A DNA stretch of 63,529 nucleotides, the filler included, from Lenisia limosa (Eukaryota > Protista > Breviatea): assembly GCA_001655205.1 (NCBI GenBank). It is 13 parts of 13 records of this genome, joined end to end, with 100 filler letters (N's around TTAATTAATTAA, not from the genome) between each part and the next. Parts side by side here need not be neighbours in the genome. Positions count along the whole stretch, not along the records: positions 1 to 8,812 come from LPNZ01007077.1; positions 8,913 to 15,411 come from LPNZ01000123.1; 11 more parts are not named here. The stretch is one strand, 5' to 3'. Positions 1 through 12,849 of the stretch are shown here, in pieces (the first letter of the stretch is position 1; each line of letters begins with the position of its first letter). The translations under genes and the position numbers were made by a program. A model generated the notes under the pieces. That model saw only the letters and a list, made by a program, of their open reading frames with translations, searched no databases and was not told the origin of the DNA.

Positions 1-467
1 ATGTGCGATATATCTCCTTCCACACCCTTAGCCCCTTGTGACGGGGGTGAGGGTTAGGGCTTCATTTCGGTTCGAAAAGACCGATACAATATCGATAGTT
101 TTCGACTTATCGAGAAATTCAGTCTTTTTCTGAACCGAAGTGAAGCGTGGGTATAAGTAGTTGGTGGTGGTTGGTTAAAGATCTTGATAAATATCGATAT
201 TTTACCCGTCTTTTTCGGACCGCATGTAAGCTCTAGTTATCATATAAAAGAGTATACTTTTGAAACGTGACAGTATAATCAATAATCAATATTATGTGTA
301 TGTAGTCCCAACATTAGGACCAGACCAGAATCCGACTTAAGGACTCTGGAATTCCATTTCAAACCTCCGGTAATCTAACTTATATATACACTGACCGGAT
401 AAGTCTTGACCGATTTTCCTTGGGAAATCATAGCAAATCTGTGTATCAAAAAACTCCCACCGTCGCA

Positions 468-3400
468 AGAGGCCATGAGAGTATGGAAGGATGACGTGAG
501 GTCTGCAACATCCTGCTGAGTTCTCCAGGGAATTGCCGCTGGAATTAATGAAAGAAATGCGGAGAAGTGAGAAGACTGTTTTAAGTGAAATTCGAAAAAA
601 GGAGAATAAATTGATACTATTTGAAGAACTAAGGAGAGAAATAAGAAAGGAGGAAAATGAGAAGGAGAGAAATGTGAAGAAAGGGGAGAAATAAGAAGGA
701 AGGAGAGTAATTGGATTCCACATCCTCAACTTTCAACCCCCCACATCCAGAGTCAATGGCCGCGCAAAGGTGTTTTAAGAGGCCCACGACATTCGTTGAA
801 TTCGGCGTGACTCCGACAAAATGCGTGACTGCTTGGCTGGAGGGGGAGAGGTAAAATTGGAAACTTTATTAAACAAAAAAAAAATAAAATAAACAATAAT
901 ATAAAAAAAGAACAAAAAAAAAAGAGAGAGACGAGCCCTTGCCTAACACCGCAGAACCAGAGTGAACGAGACGAGGCGCACTCTGAAGAAGTCTAGAAGC
1001 AGAAGCAGGTTTGCTATGAGATTTCCCCCCACTTTTTCTCGTCTTTTTTCGTCCATCGGTCAGCTACCTTCGCCAAAACTGACGATTTTCCGCTACCCGC
1101 GTCGCCAACAACAATCATAGGCTTCCTAAAAAGGCAAGTTAGCAAAATAATGTCATTTTAATAAATTTTAAAAACAAAAAATAGGCATAACAATACAACA
1201 AAACTGAACACGCACTCCCCCTCTCCCCACACACAGACTTTCCAACATTTATCCGCTCTTAAGTGCTACCCCCCTTTATATTCTCCCTATACTTAGTATA
1301 TTTATACTCACAACACTCCCTCCCCCCACATTCCGGTATTCTCCGTCGTCATGGCCAAGACAGAATCGACAAGATCCTGTCGACCCACAAAGGTGCCAAC
1401 TCTCCGTCCGCCAAAGGCCGCGTGGTTCTGAACCTCAGCTGCATGGACTGAGGGAGGGGTTAAGAAACAAACGTAAAAGGAGCACAAAACTAACTAACTC
1501 TGTTGGTTAATAACACACGAGGGTTGAGCTCCCATAAAAAGGAATATGTGAGTGACAAAAAAAGCACAAAATCAACTCTGTGCAACACAGTTATAGTGAA
1601 GGAAATTTTGCTGAAGAGTATGAAGAATTTATGGATGGTTAGGTTGGGAAAACGAAAAAAAAATTCAAAAAATTCAATGCATAAGTTCTTAAGAGTTGAT
1701 TATTCCTCTGGAGTAACCACGATAATTTTGAGGTTTCCAAGATTCAATTCTTTTACAAACATTGCTTGTTCCTTATGATCTACCTACGGTTAGAAAAAAA
1801 GACCCGTTTAAATATCGATTTGTCAATCGACCTTGACATCTTTGGCATATATCCATAATCAAGGACTTTTATTGTTTTCCATAATAATGTAGTTGTGATC
1901 TTGCTAAGGCCATCTTCCACAAAGATACCATTATTTTCCCTAGTCGTCTTTCTGGTGATCTTCGTTCTGGTAGGAATAGAGCCCTCGATGCCCTCAAGCG
2001 GAGGACTATGACTCGTCAACCCTTGTAGATTTGTTACTGTTTCTTTTGTAGCGTTATTCACAATAATAAAACCTTAAAACCTTCCACCGCCATTCGAATT
2101 GTGGAGAGGTCGCTTTTGTGAGTTAAAAACATGAGCTTACAAGGACTGGTTTTGTCTGTTTTTTCTATCACCAGTTTGGACAGATCATCATGCCTGACGT
2201 TCATGGATTTAATCAACTCTAAAGAACCCGGGGAAAATATTACAAAAAAAAGGGAAGAACCAGAGAAAAGTCACGGTGGGACCAGTACACACAATCACGA
2301 TGAAAAAAGAAAATTATTACTATCTATTTTTTACAAAGACAAAAAAACACAAGTTAAAGAGAATATTGTCTGTACCCCCCCCCCCCAANNNNNNNNNNNN
2401 NNNNNNNNNNNNNNNNNNNNNNNNNNNNNNNNNNNNNNNNNNNNNNNNNNNNNNNTTGCTGGAAACTCGGCATCAATGGCACCCCATAAATCCTCGGTAA
2501 CTCTATCTGCGAAAGCCTCTAGGTCAACTACCATAGGTTTGCCCTCGACAATCCCTCCCCTAAAACCTCATTAGAGTTGGGAGATCTTATCAAAATATTA
2601 GGGCTCCGTGCAATTAATTGAAAAACGAATTTCAAAATTTGAAATAGTACATATTCCATTTCAGACACTTTAAGGTGGTGGTGTCAGGCCATTTTTTTTG
2701 GGGGATTGAACATGATTTGACCACGCAATTACAATCATATTCTTTCACAGAAATCAACAGATGAGCCAAATAAATGGTAAAAAATGCAAATGTCAACCTT
2801 CCAAGAGTTTACCTGGCGGAGTGTTAAGAGCATCAATATCAAGGACTATGAAAGACATGGGGCAGGGTGATCACGAATAAGAGCAAAGACTTGTCGGAAA
2901 TGACACCAAAGTACTAATCTGTGCCGTAAAACTGCTGAGAGGCGGGGGGTAAGAGACACGAGTTACCCAACGAAAAAGGACAAAGAAAACACTAATCACT
3001 TCTTGAATACCTCTCATGCCTTTAAATATGCTTCTATTAACTAATCATCATGCAAAACTAGAAAAAGAGGAAAAAACTCGAGAATTCTCTGAGCGAAAAA
3101 ATTGGCGCGCTGATGCCAACCTTAAATGCTCTCTGAACAACTCGAGATTGTCTCTTATCTAGTTTAATCCAGTGTAGAAGCATATAAGAGAGAATCTGAG
3201 AGTGTTCAGAAGCGACTTGGGGTTTTTCTTTCTTTTCTCAACTGTTTCTTAAGCCTCTCTCTTCCCCCATAAGTCTCTTAGTGGTTTTATTTTACAGTAT
3301 TGTACTCTAAAGTGTCTCCCTTCAAGCATTTGCGGATCTTCGTTATCATCATGTCCCAAGCCTTTCGCGATCCTTGATTTTGATGATCTTCAACCCCAAT

Positions 3401-6400
3401 CAGGTAAACTCCTGGAAAGTTGGTACATGCATTATTTATCATTTAACTGGCTCATCTGTCGATTCCTGGGAATGAATAATGGAAGTAAAGCGGCCTTTAT
3501 GAGATATCTAACANNNNNNNNNNNNNNNNNNNNNNNNNNNNNNNNNNNNNNNNNNNNNNNNNNNNNNNNNNNNNNNNNNNNNNNNNNNNNNNNNNNNNNN
3601 NNNNNNNNNNNNNNNNNNNNNNNNNNNNNNNNNNNNNNNNNNNNNNNNNNNNNNNNNNNNNNNNNNNNNNNNNNNNNNNNNNNNNNNNNNNNNNTTCTAA
3701 TTGTGTCATACTCAAACAAACGCCCTCTCTTGGTACTCATTTATTGTCCATTTACAGAGAAAAAAGTTGGGCTTCACTTCGGTTCAAAAATAGACTGAAT
3801 TTCTAGATAAATCCTCGATAAATATCGAAATATCATCGGTCTTTTTGGACCGAAGTGAAGCCTAAAATAAAAGCCCCCCCCGTCCCACCATTTACAGGGA
3901 TAATTGTCCATGACTCTACCAGGCGCATTGGCCTTCAAGTATTCCTTCCATTTTGCCAGCCCTTCAATTCCTGGAGGGGGGAAAATTGGAAATTTTATAA
4001 AACATAAATAGAGCGGGCGAAAAACGTAAATTTGTGATGGAAGGAGGGGGGGGGGGGCAACTTGAACAAAATTCAATTTANNNNNNNNNNNNNNNNNNNN
4101 NNNNNNNNNNNNNNNNNNNNNNNNNNNAGAATAAAACAACAAACTTGGTTGGTAAAAGGGAAAAAAATGAAAAATAAAGAAATAAAACAAGTGGTATTTA
4201 TAGTGCTTATTCAGATTTGGTTCGGAGATGTGAAGTAAGAGATAATCTTTGTAAGTTGTGAACATTGGTACATTGTTTAACGTAAGTTTCTTTCTTTCAA
4301 TATGTAAGCTGACTACTCAGCTAGCAATCGTGGTGTAAGTATGGAGACTCTATTTGTATTGAAACTGTTAAAATGAGTAACCCTGAAGATGATAGTGACA
4401 TGAAAGTGTTGTTAGTGTCCTGTCACACCACTCGGTTGTGTCTTGTGGTTAGTCAGTATCTACGAGGTGGAACACTGAGGAGATGGTTAGATACCATTGC
4501 GGGATACACTTTGAGAACTCTGCAATCAAACTGTTTTTTCAGTAAGAAAAACTGGTTGAGAAAGAGCGATACTCCAATGTGTTTTATCAAACATAGGAAA
4601 TGCTGTTCAATTCACTGAAAGAAAAAAGGTGTGTATTTATTATTTTTAATTCCAGGTTTTACGGGATCAAAGTCGTGACAAATAATAATAATAAAGTACA
4701 TTTTTCATGTCTTCTTATGCGTTATTTTGTTGATTGTTATAGGTGTGAAATACCCCGCATGCCTTAGTTCTGTCTATACTGTTCATTTATTTATCACATT
4801 AAAAAAGAAAAAGAAAACAAAAAGATTCAATGTAATTCATTTCTAATTGCATGGCGGTGCTTTATTCTTTTGACTAGCGAAAGTAGTTCTTTAAGTATGG
4901 ACGAATTTGNNNNNNNNNNNNNNNNNNNNNNNNNNNNNNNNNNNNNNNNNNNNNNNNNNNNNNNNNNNNNNNNNNATGGTGCTGTTCCGAGAATCTCTGG
5001 AGGACAGCGTAAAATTCATGAAGATTTGGAACCTGTCTTTCTTCTGCTGAATTCAAGGAAGTGGCGAAATAGATTAAATAACCTTCCAGGCGAATGATGT
5101 GGTGAGACAGCACACAGGTAAAACACTACGTTCTCGAAGGAGTATGTCCCACGACTGTTGAAGAGATTCCCTGTTCTGAAAACAATGGTAGGTCCAGATA
5201 TCCAATGTCATTTCTATTTAGAAGCCAAATGTTTTGGATAAAGCAAGAACCCATGCTTTCACTGAAGAGCGTTTCATGCAACATATCGCCGCAATGTTCA
5301 AAATTATCTTTGAAAAACAAGTTCATCCCCAGTTAGTCTACAACTGCGACGAGACAATGGTAGATGTATCGGATAGGAAGAGTCCAAAGGTCATCACCCT
5401 CAGGGAGTATTCCAAGGTTTACAAAAAAACCACTGAAACACAACCAACGCATATCATGCTAATTGCGACCATTGCGTAAGCTATTATGTTGTTTTTTAAA
5501 ACTAATACTTCAGATCAAATCTGACCATTGCAACCCCAGTGTTCTTGACTGGTCAAGATGTCTCACAATTTAGAATTTTACAACTTGGACAGAATACGTA
5601 TTTCAGTATTCTGTGCCAAAAGTGGAAGCAATTGCACTGGGACCACAAGATGTCCCACTGGCGAGATCAGTTCAAACCTTCAAGGTAACTCCTGGTCTCA
5701 CAACGACTGAGATACGCGATGACCAAGTTGTGGTTAGCAAGTCCTTAATTTTGCGAAGAAAGCAACGCCAGAAGAAGGTTGAAACAAAGCAAGGCGCATC
5801 TCTTGGTCCTGAGATGATTGATGCTACTGGTGGTGCTACTGAGGTTCGAAAAAGGCAATTGGAAAGAAAAGCAGTTGGAGGTTTGTTTAATATCGCTTAT
5901 TTAACATCCAAGGGAGGAAGGGTAAAACGAGGAAGAGGGTGCGATGCAGGCGTGGTTGAGCTGCAAGGCAAAACGGATTGTGTAATGTGTGGAAATATGT
6001 TTCAGTTTTTCCAAAACCACTGAAAGCCTTTCTTAGTGCTCTTTGAAAATGGTCAACAACGACGAATTTGTGGTAGAAGAAACCACATTCCTGCTGAAAC
6101 CAGCTCTGATAGAGATGGTAAGGATTTTCTGCCTTTATATCAACATTTAGAAAAGTCTATAAATTCAGAACCAGCTCCCAAGAAACGGTATGCAGTAGGT
6201 TGTTATAATTTGTCCTAATTATATTCTAGATGAAGATGTGGTACCGAAAACACCAATCAGAATTCTCCCCGCGGTTAATTTCTTAATGATATCAAATTTA
6301 TATTTTAGTACCCCCAGGAAAAAAAGCACAGAGGGAAAAGACCTGGAGGATAATGTCCTTTTTTACGGCTATGTTCTGTTTTTGGGAAAATATATGACTT

Positions 6401-8542
6401 TTTGACTTTATTTTCCTCGCAAAAAAGTGCGTTTTCTCCTAGGAAATACGCATTCTGATTTAAAAGTATCAAAAACAGTTTCATCAATGCTTTAAAGCAA
6501 AAAGAAAGTGAATAAACAGGCAAAAGAAAGACTTAAAAAGTTCAAAACATGTATGTAGCTCAGCTATATAACAACCAAACCTGAATAAGCTCTACTATTT
6601 CTTTTGGAATGAAAAAAAAGAACACCTGGTATAAAAACAAAACATGTGAGACACTGTGAAAAAAAAAACGATTATGATATGATAAATTGATATTACATCC
6701 TTATTCTTTAAAACCTAAAGCAACGTAGTGCGATTTGAGCAAACCAAGTGATTTTAATGCTATTCTATAACGAGATCCCACCTTCTTTCCTTTGATCAAC
6801 AAAAGCAGCATGGATCTTGGGATCGTCAATATCCTGAAAATGGTAAATGAATGCAGGGTATTCGACAACTTTCCGAATTGCTCAGTACGAGATACTCTGA
6901 GAACAACACAAGTAATTGTGAAAAGGTTTTGAAAAATGTCTTCAGAAAACTGAAAAATACAGTATAGTTCGACACAGTTCCGATTGGACAGCCTGTTCCA
7001 GCTCACTGGTATCAAAGCATGTGAAGCGTGTGGTTTGGTGTTCCTTTCATGTTACTACGCATTATTTTACTATGCCAAATAATATTTTATAATACATAAT
7101 ATATAGTACATGTCATAATAATATACAGTGACGGGATAAGTCTTAACCGATTTGCTATATGATTTCCCATCCCAATCACTGTACATAGTATAGTATATGT
7201 ATCCAAAAAAGACCGTTGAAATGTCGACGTGATCGTCGATTCATCGAGAAATTCTGTCTTTTATGGAACTGGAAGCCCAAATGCAAAATGCTATTGTGCT
7301 ATTATCAAACACGTATTCCTCAAGTATTTCTCAATACCTGTTCCCAGTTGAATTTTTTTTTAAAAAAGCAACTACAGTCCATTCATCAACAAACACCTGT
7401 CATCAGTTTTTGTCTAGTTGTCTGTTTTCTTGAATACATCAACAAAAACATTTTATGTTGCACTCTTTATTTTTAAGAACTTCTGCGGTTGTATCAGAAT
7501 GTTGGAAGAAAGTACACTCATCACAACTTGAGGTTTGATTGTCTTGTAATTCGAAAGTTGATCACAAAAAGTATACAATATTTTCATATAATACAACAAT
7601 GACAGAATTATTTCTTGTTTTTTGCTGTTTTTTGTTGTTGACACGAATATAAATGTATGCCACATTGGTGATATGTTGTCTTTAATGCAATAGATTGGAC
7701 GCGAATCACAGGCAACCCTTGAAACCAGAGTCGCGGGGACGAGCTGAAGATCCTTTCAAATGCCAAGGTCTTTGAAAAGAAGAGTTAGGTTATAATACTA
7801 CCCGTATTTATGGCTCAACTGGATTCTCTTTTCTGCACAGAATACCTCCTCTTCCTTTGGAGAATACGCCTTCAGTAAGTCCCTTTTTATTACCACCACC
7901 CTTAACTGCATTAGCCTTTGAATGACTTGAAGCGGCCAACAATTTTGCTGGGAACAGCGTCAAAGGTTCCTGGTGGTGCTCTCATGATTGTATATTAGCA
8001 AAGATTGACATTGCTCTCACTATTAACTGTGTCATTATTTAGGAAAGTGGGCAAAGTAATCCGACCTAGTGTCACCGCGTAAGGAATAAAAATGGATTAA
8101 ATTGAGTTTGAGTGATTTATCAATACAGCCACTCTGTTATAATTCAAAAACTCCATGTATACATATTGTAGGTAATGCTTGTTTTTTTTTTGAGTTTTGA
8201 AGATGCCTCTCAAGTTGAACTAAATGAAAAGGCTGTGTATCGCCTGTCGCTTGAAAAATATAAACATGAAAAAAAGTAACAGGGAAGGAGAGCTTCAACA
8301 TCAAAAGAAAAAAGAAAAAAGCAAACCAAATGAAACATGGATGTAGGAATAAACTGACCGAAACCGTCCTCCATCAGGTTTATAACGCCAAAAGCCATCA
8401 ACACCATCACACGTTATCTCTAATATCTATAGTGTAACTTTAGGTACCCCATATACGTCAGTGTACTTTGGGTCACGAAGGTAGAAGAAGCCGCCTCTCC
8501 TCGGTGCTGACTCCTCAAAAGCAGCGTAGTGTTGCTCAAGTT
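468..8542 (-). CDS. TEP1-like DUF4062-type/NACHT (STAND-class) NTPase, partial, multi-exon
   Basis: Hand-spliced exons: 8542-8457 LEQHYAAFEESAPRGGGFFYLRDPKYTD; 3970-3889 GIEGLAKWKEYLKANAPGRVMDNYPCKW, joined in phase to 2559-2456 GGIVEGKPMVVDLEAFADRVTEDLWGAIDAEFPA; 1447-~1331 EVQNHAAFGGRRVGTFVGRQDLVDSVL; from 1125 KPMIVVGDAGSGKSSVLAK (Walker A); 836-~735 THFVGVTPNSTNVVGLLKHLCAAI. Motif order matches TEP1/NWD-type proteins from memory. Confidence 0.8.
4975..6218 (+). mobile_element. pogo/Tc1-mariner-like (CENP-B HTH + DDE_1) transposase remnant with short introns, nested antisense in an intron of the NACHT gene
   Basis: FSKEYVPRLLKRFPVLKTM|KPNVLDKARTHAFTEERFMQHIAAMFKIIFEKQVHPQLVYNCDETMVD matches the pogo/Fot1 pattern around the first catalytic D (YNxDET). 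GT-AG introns at 5188-5221 and 5476-5513 restore the frame. Later catalytic residues and TIRs were not found. Confidence 0.7.
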
Positions 8543-8812
8543 CTATCCAGGAAATAACAAGACAACACGAAAGTTCAATTCCCGTATAATATGACAGGAC
8601 CTAAAACGCAAAGTAAATATTGTCCACTAACACACGTATGGTTCTAATGGCATTTTATCCCTCTCGACATTATTCTTCGTCACTCTACCGCTTACTCCTC
8701 CTTCTCATCCTCCCATTCTTTCCCAATTGACATTTAGGCTGGATTCTAGTTCAATCTATGACCTATATAGGTTGATTCAAACGAAGTGTTTATTGGATAA
8801 AACGGATTAATC

Positions 8813-8912
8813 NNNNNNNNNNNNNNNNNNNNNNNNNNNNNNNNNNNNNNNNNNNNTTAATTAATTAANNNNNNNNNNNNNNNNNNNNNNNNNNNNNNNN
8901 NNNNNNNNNNNN
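8813..8912. other. Artificial contig-joining spacer (44 N + TTAATTAATTAA + 44 N). Identical spacers at 15412-15511, 23508-23607, 26037-26136, 32169-32268, 35074-35173, 39414-39513, 40832-40931, 44606-44705, 52736-52835, 54049-54148, 61980-62079
   Basis: Twelve identical 100-bp blocks with a six-frame stop 12-mer centred in Ns; genes are cut abruptly at them. Confidence 0.98.
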
Positions 8913-11900
8913 GGAAATATTGCAGTGAAGATGTTCCAAAACCGGAAAACTTCAACGATATATGATACGTTATCACTCTTCGGAATCTGAATGCAAATAT
9001 TCAAGAGACAAATAAATCTCTTTTCACAGGGAAAAAGATATCAGAACCAACGTTTTAGTTTTGCTTGTTCTTCCTTGATCATTTCTTGGGCCTCCAATTC
9101 AGCCTTACTGAAGCCGCCGTCAGCCAAAGTAACCTCCCTGAAGGGTCAAAGTTGCATTATCATTATGATTGTTAAAAACCGTTTTAACAGCCGCGATCCA
9201 ACGCACATCAATAAGTCGGAGCTGGCACCAGGATCATATCGCATGGGGTCCGACCAGGCCGCTCCGAGCCTCGAAATGGTGGCTACTTCCTAGACCCGTT
9301 AGAAATGCTGGTTACTTCCTAGACCCGTTAGAAATGCTGGTTACTTCCTAGACCCATTAGAAATGCTGGTTACTTCCTAGACCCGTTAGAAATGCTGGTT
9401 ACTTCTTTGGCACATTAGAAATGCTGGTTGACACAAGGTAGAAATTGGGCGAAATATGTCTCAGCCCCAATACCCCATCAATGGCATTTGCCGCAGTCGC
9501 AGCAGCCGCCTTGATTTCGCGTTTAGTTCCAGGCTTGACCTGAGGGGGGAGTAAAATTGGAAAATTTATGAAACAAAAAAGCCCAAATCAACGTAAAATT
9601 GGAATTGATGAAACAAAAAAAAAAAGAACCCAAAATTAACTCTGTTGGCTAACAACACGAGGATTGACAGCTACAAAACAAACAATGCCCAGGCCAGTCG
9701 CTCTGCAGCACCGCATCCCATCACTCCAGCATAAGTAATAATCCGGAATTAGACTATTTCCAAAAAGATACATGAGTCCTCTCACCTGGTCAAGCCACTT
9801 CATCAAAGAGGATCTTTCCTCATAATATGCCCCTAAAATAAGGTCAAGACGGAATTGAAGGAGAAACGGTGGTGGGGATTGTGTTAAACAAAACCAAAAA
9901 CCATTGTGAGACCCCCCACTGTTTGCATCAGTAATGTCAATGGAATCTTGGAAGTTCTCTTGGTCTGACTTCTCATCTGAAAGGTCAGAAATCCAAAAAG
10001 AAAACCCTCCATGGTGAAATATCCAACAATGAATTTGGAAGTGTAGAATTCAAGCATTGATATAAGAGAAATGAACGCTACCGACCTTCACTTGAGGAGT
10101 TCTCATCCTTGAAATCTGGGTTGAGGGCAAAACGATCGTCTCCTAAAGCATTAAATCAGTCTTAAATATGACTTGCTCCCTTTTGCATTCACAAAGCAAA
10201 CGATACTGAATCTTTTGCTTTGTACTTTCAATAGTAGCCATGATACTTGAGTACTGAGCCTCCTACCCTTGTATTTCTGCTGCAGTTTCAGAAGCTTTCG
10301 TCCCCTCTTTCCATCGAAAGTCTCATCATGAGCCACTACAAGGTCAAAGGAGGCAGGGGAAATAAAACCTGAACAAAAAAAATTAATGGCACAGACATAC
10401 TGAGTTTTTCTGGGTCTTCTGCGACACTTTCCTCAGTTTCGCCAAACAACGATTTTGCCTCCTTTTCTTCACGAATGAGAGAGGTTTCTTTGCCTTCACC
10501 AAAGAGAGACGGCTTCGAAGACGAATCAGCAAACAAGTCAGCCTTCTCTTCAGTCTCCATTTCTACCTTCTCAGACTCACTTTCCTCCTCTTCCCCTCCT
10601 TCATCATCTGCGTCTTCTTCATCCAGAACCCCATCTTCCGCCCCAATGTCTCCTTCCATTTCCTTTTCTTCTTCTTCCTGTGCTTCGTTTTCTTCTTTCG
10701 CCTGTTTAAGTGCTTCTGCCTCTTTCTCCTTCACTGCTACAAACACAGTCAGACAAGTAAATATGTTGGGGATGTATTGTAAACACGAGTGGTAGTATTT
10801 CGGAGAATAGGCCATTTTCATACCCCCCCCCCACAGGCTTGGCGCCATTTGCGTCTACGCTCTCTGAACTTTTCCATTTTTTCCCTCAGTTCCTCAGGAC
10901 TCAGCCAAGGTTCACTGTCACTGGGGTCAGCTCCCACTTCGAACAGCTACGTCGTGAATACATGTCAAATTGTCGGATTATCATGCTTCAATTTGAGGAC
11001 TTGCAAACATCACCCACCCCCTCACTCCTCTCTCATCACCAAGTCCGACTTGAGCGGCTCTATCGGCGTCTGAGTCGGACTCCACGTCCAAATGGAACAG
11101 CTCATTGTCGTCTAGGGGGAGGGGTAATGGGGAGAGGAAAAAGACCTTGTTGATAACATTCATGTGGCATTTTGGTTCATGTTATGAACACATATTCAGT
11201 AAAGGATTCCCGAGCATTGTAGGTGCCACAAAAGAACCCGCACCACAAACCCGAATCATAGACGTCTACTTTGCCCTCCATCAACTCGTCCTTGTTGTAA
11301 CGGTTCTCCTCCTCCTGCCGGATTCGATCCCGCCTTGCTGCGTCTCGAGAGGCGCGTTGGGCGTTCAGGTCAAAGAGTTGATCACAGATCGTGAGGTTTT
11401 TGAAGGTTCGAGGGTCAAATCGGAACTGAACTATGAGTGGGATGGTTGTGTTTTTAGAATCCCTATGTTTAATAGATTTGCTTCAACTACAAAATCGAGG
11501 TAGGAAGTTACAAGTTTCTTATGGTGTTCAGAAGTGCAAACTAAGAGTCCACCATAAAGCTTAGAAAGAATATTGATGAGATCAAAATGCTATTACATCC
11601 TGTGCCTCCCCAGCATATATATATTACATGTAAGCACTCCACAAACCATGACACCATGGCCCGTTTTCTTCTCCAGCTCCAGCACGGGGTTCGGCTCAGT
11701 ACCGGGCCCAATAATCCAGTCTCCCTTCTCCAGCTTGTCGGCATTGAATGGGGGAAGGATGGAAACTGAAACATATGAGGTTATATCGAGGGGGGGGGGT
11801 ACTGGGGAGCATGAGAGTATGAGGGATGATCCATCAATGTGTAAGATTCTTATTCCAGCGTACCCTGATTAAACTCCTTGTTTTTATTAAGTCGCCTCCT

Positions 11901-12545
11901 TTTGACTTCAATGGATTCGCCCTGCCCTTCATTCATCCGCGCTCTTGGGTGTTACACTGCTTCATTTTGTAATATCGTTCAAAAACAAACCATCCATGTT
12001 TATGAAGTACAGCTTTCCCTCAGCCCACTTGTTCTTGTAATGGGCAATTGTGGAGCGTTGTACTTGGAGAGTGTTCCCCTTCCATTTGCTGTTGTTATAG
12101 GTTCGGATACCTGCAGTATGATTTACAGCAAAAGTTAATCAAAGAAGAAGGTGACTTTATAAGAACAACTAAACAGTAGATTTGTTGAAGGCTTCAATTG
12201 CACGAAGAAATCAAAGAGCTGTTCGTATAAAGCCAGGCTTACACTCATCCGCCTTTTTTCCATTACTGAGGGTGACAAAAGCGATACCACGACAGCCAAC
12301 TCCTAGGGAGTCAATAACGACACTCTTGTGCTGGTCTTACGATCAGTGACAGCCGGGTCGAATTTGGCAACATAGACGTCCAGAATATCACCAAATGTTT
12401 CAAACCTGCTTCTTAAGAGTTCCTAAACAGTGAGAAGAATGGAATAGTGACAAGTTTCGTAAGATCTTCCGCCTCTAACTTCATCTGTCTCTTCAGGTAG
12501 TCCTTTGATAACTATTTTACATCCTGACGACTGTTTATGTGTCAT
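8913..12545 (-). CDS. NOL8: Nucleolar protein 8-like (N-terminal RRM, acidic middle), 3' end beyond contig
   Basis: ATG at 12545: MTHKQSSGCKIVIKGLPEETDE|ELLRSRFETFGDILDVYV..|GCRGIAFVTLS..|IRTYNNSKWKGNTLQVQ (RRM). Acidic tract at 10400-10740. FDGKRGRKLLKLQQKYK|GDDRFALNPDF and PMRYDP match NOL8 C-terminal motifs. Confidence 0.8.
9281..9429 (+). repeat. 29-bp tandem repeat (~5 units, TTACTTCCTAGACCCGTTAGAAATGCTGG) in a NOL8 intron
   Basis: Directly visible head-to-tail units with no spacers. Confidence 0.95.
9540..9726 (-). mobile_element. Intron 3'-end (acceptor) cassette, near-complete copy in NOL8 intron 9540-9785
   Basis: Sense: GAGTGATGGGATGCGGTGCTGCAGAGCGACTGGCCTGGGC..CCTCGTGTTGTTAGCCAACAGAGTT..TTTCATAAATTTTCCAATTTTACTCCCCCCTCAG|exon. 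Confidence 0.85.
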
Positions 12546-12849
12546 TACTGCCCAGCAGAGGCTCCTGCCTCAAATCAAATAAACAAGTTCTTCTTTTCGG
12601 TTCTCTTTCGTGAGCTCCTCCACTTCTAAATAAGTATACGTCTTCACGAAAGGAATAGAAATAAAAGGGTCAAAACCCCCAAAAATTCCTTAAAGCTTCG
12701 ATATTTTATTTATCGGTAGATGCCTTTTAGCTCAAATATTGCCCCTTGCCTGCCTTTCATCGTGCTCAGCTACAAATAGTTTTTGTGTATAATAATAATA
12801 TAATAATAATAGATAAAGTTGACTTTTAGATCACCTGTTGTAGTACAAG

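Noticed and set aside
8857-8868. TTAATTAATTAA repeated 12 times as a possible biological motif
   Set aside because: Always centred in exactly 88 Ns; it is a concatenation linker, so gene neighbourhoods across linkers are meaningless.
9281-9429. 29-bp repeats as a CRISPR array
   Set aside because: Head-to-tail units with no unique spacers, in a eukaryotic intron, and no cas genes.
9540-9785. Calling the cassette a classical whole-intron introner
   Set aside because: Donor-proximal sequence differs among the readable introns and no TIR was seen; similarity covers only the 3' part.
10475-10795. Ser-rich plus-strand ORF
   Set aside because: Antisense shadow of the acidic NOL8 exon.
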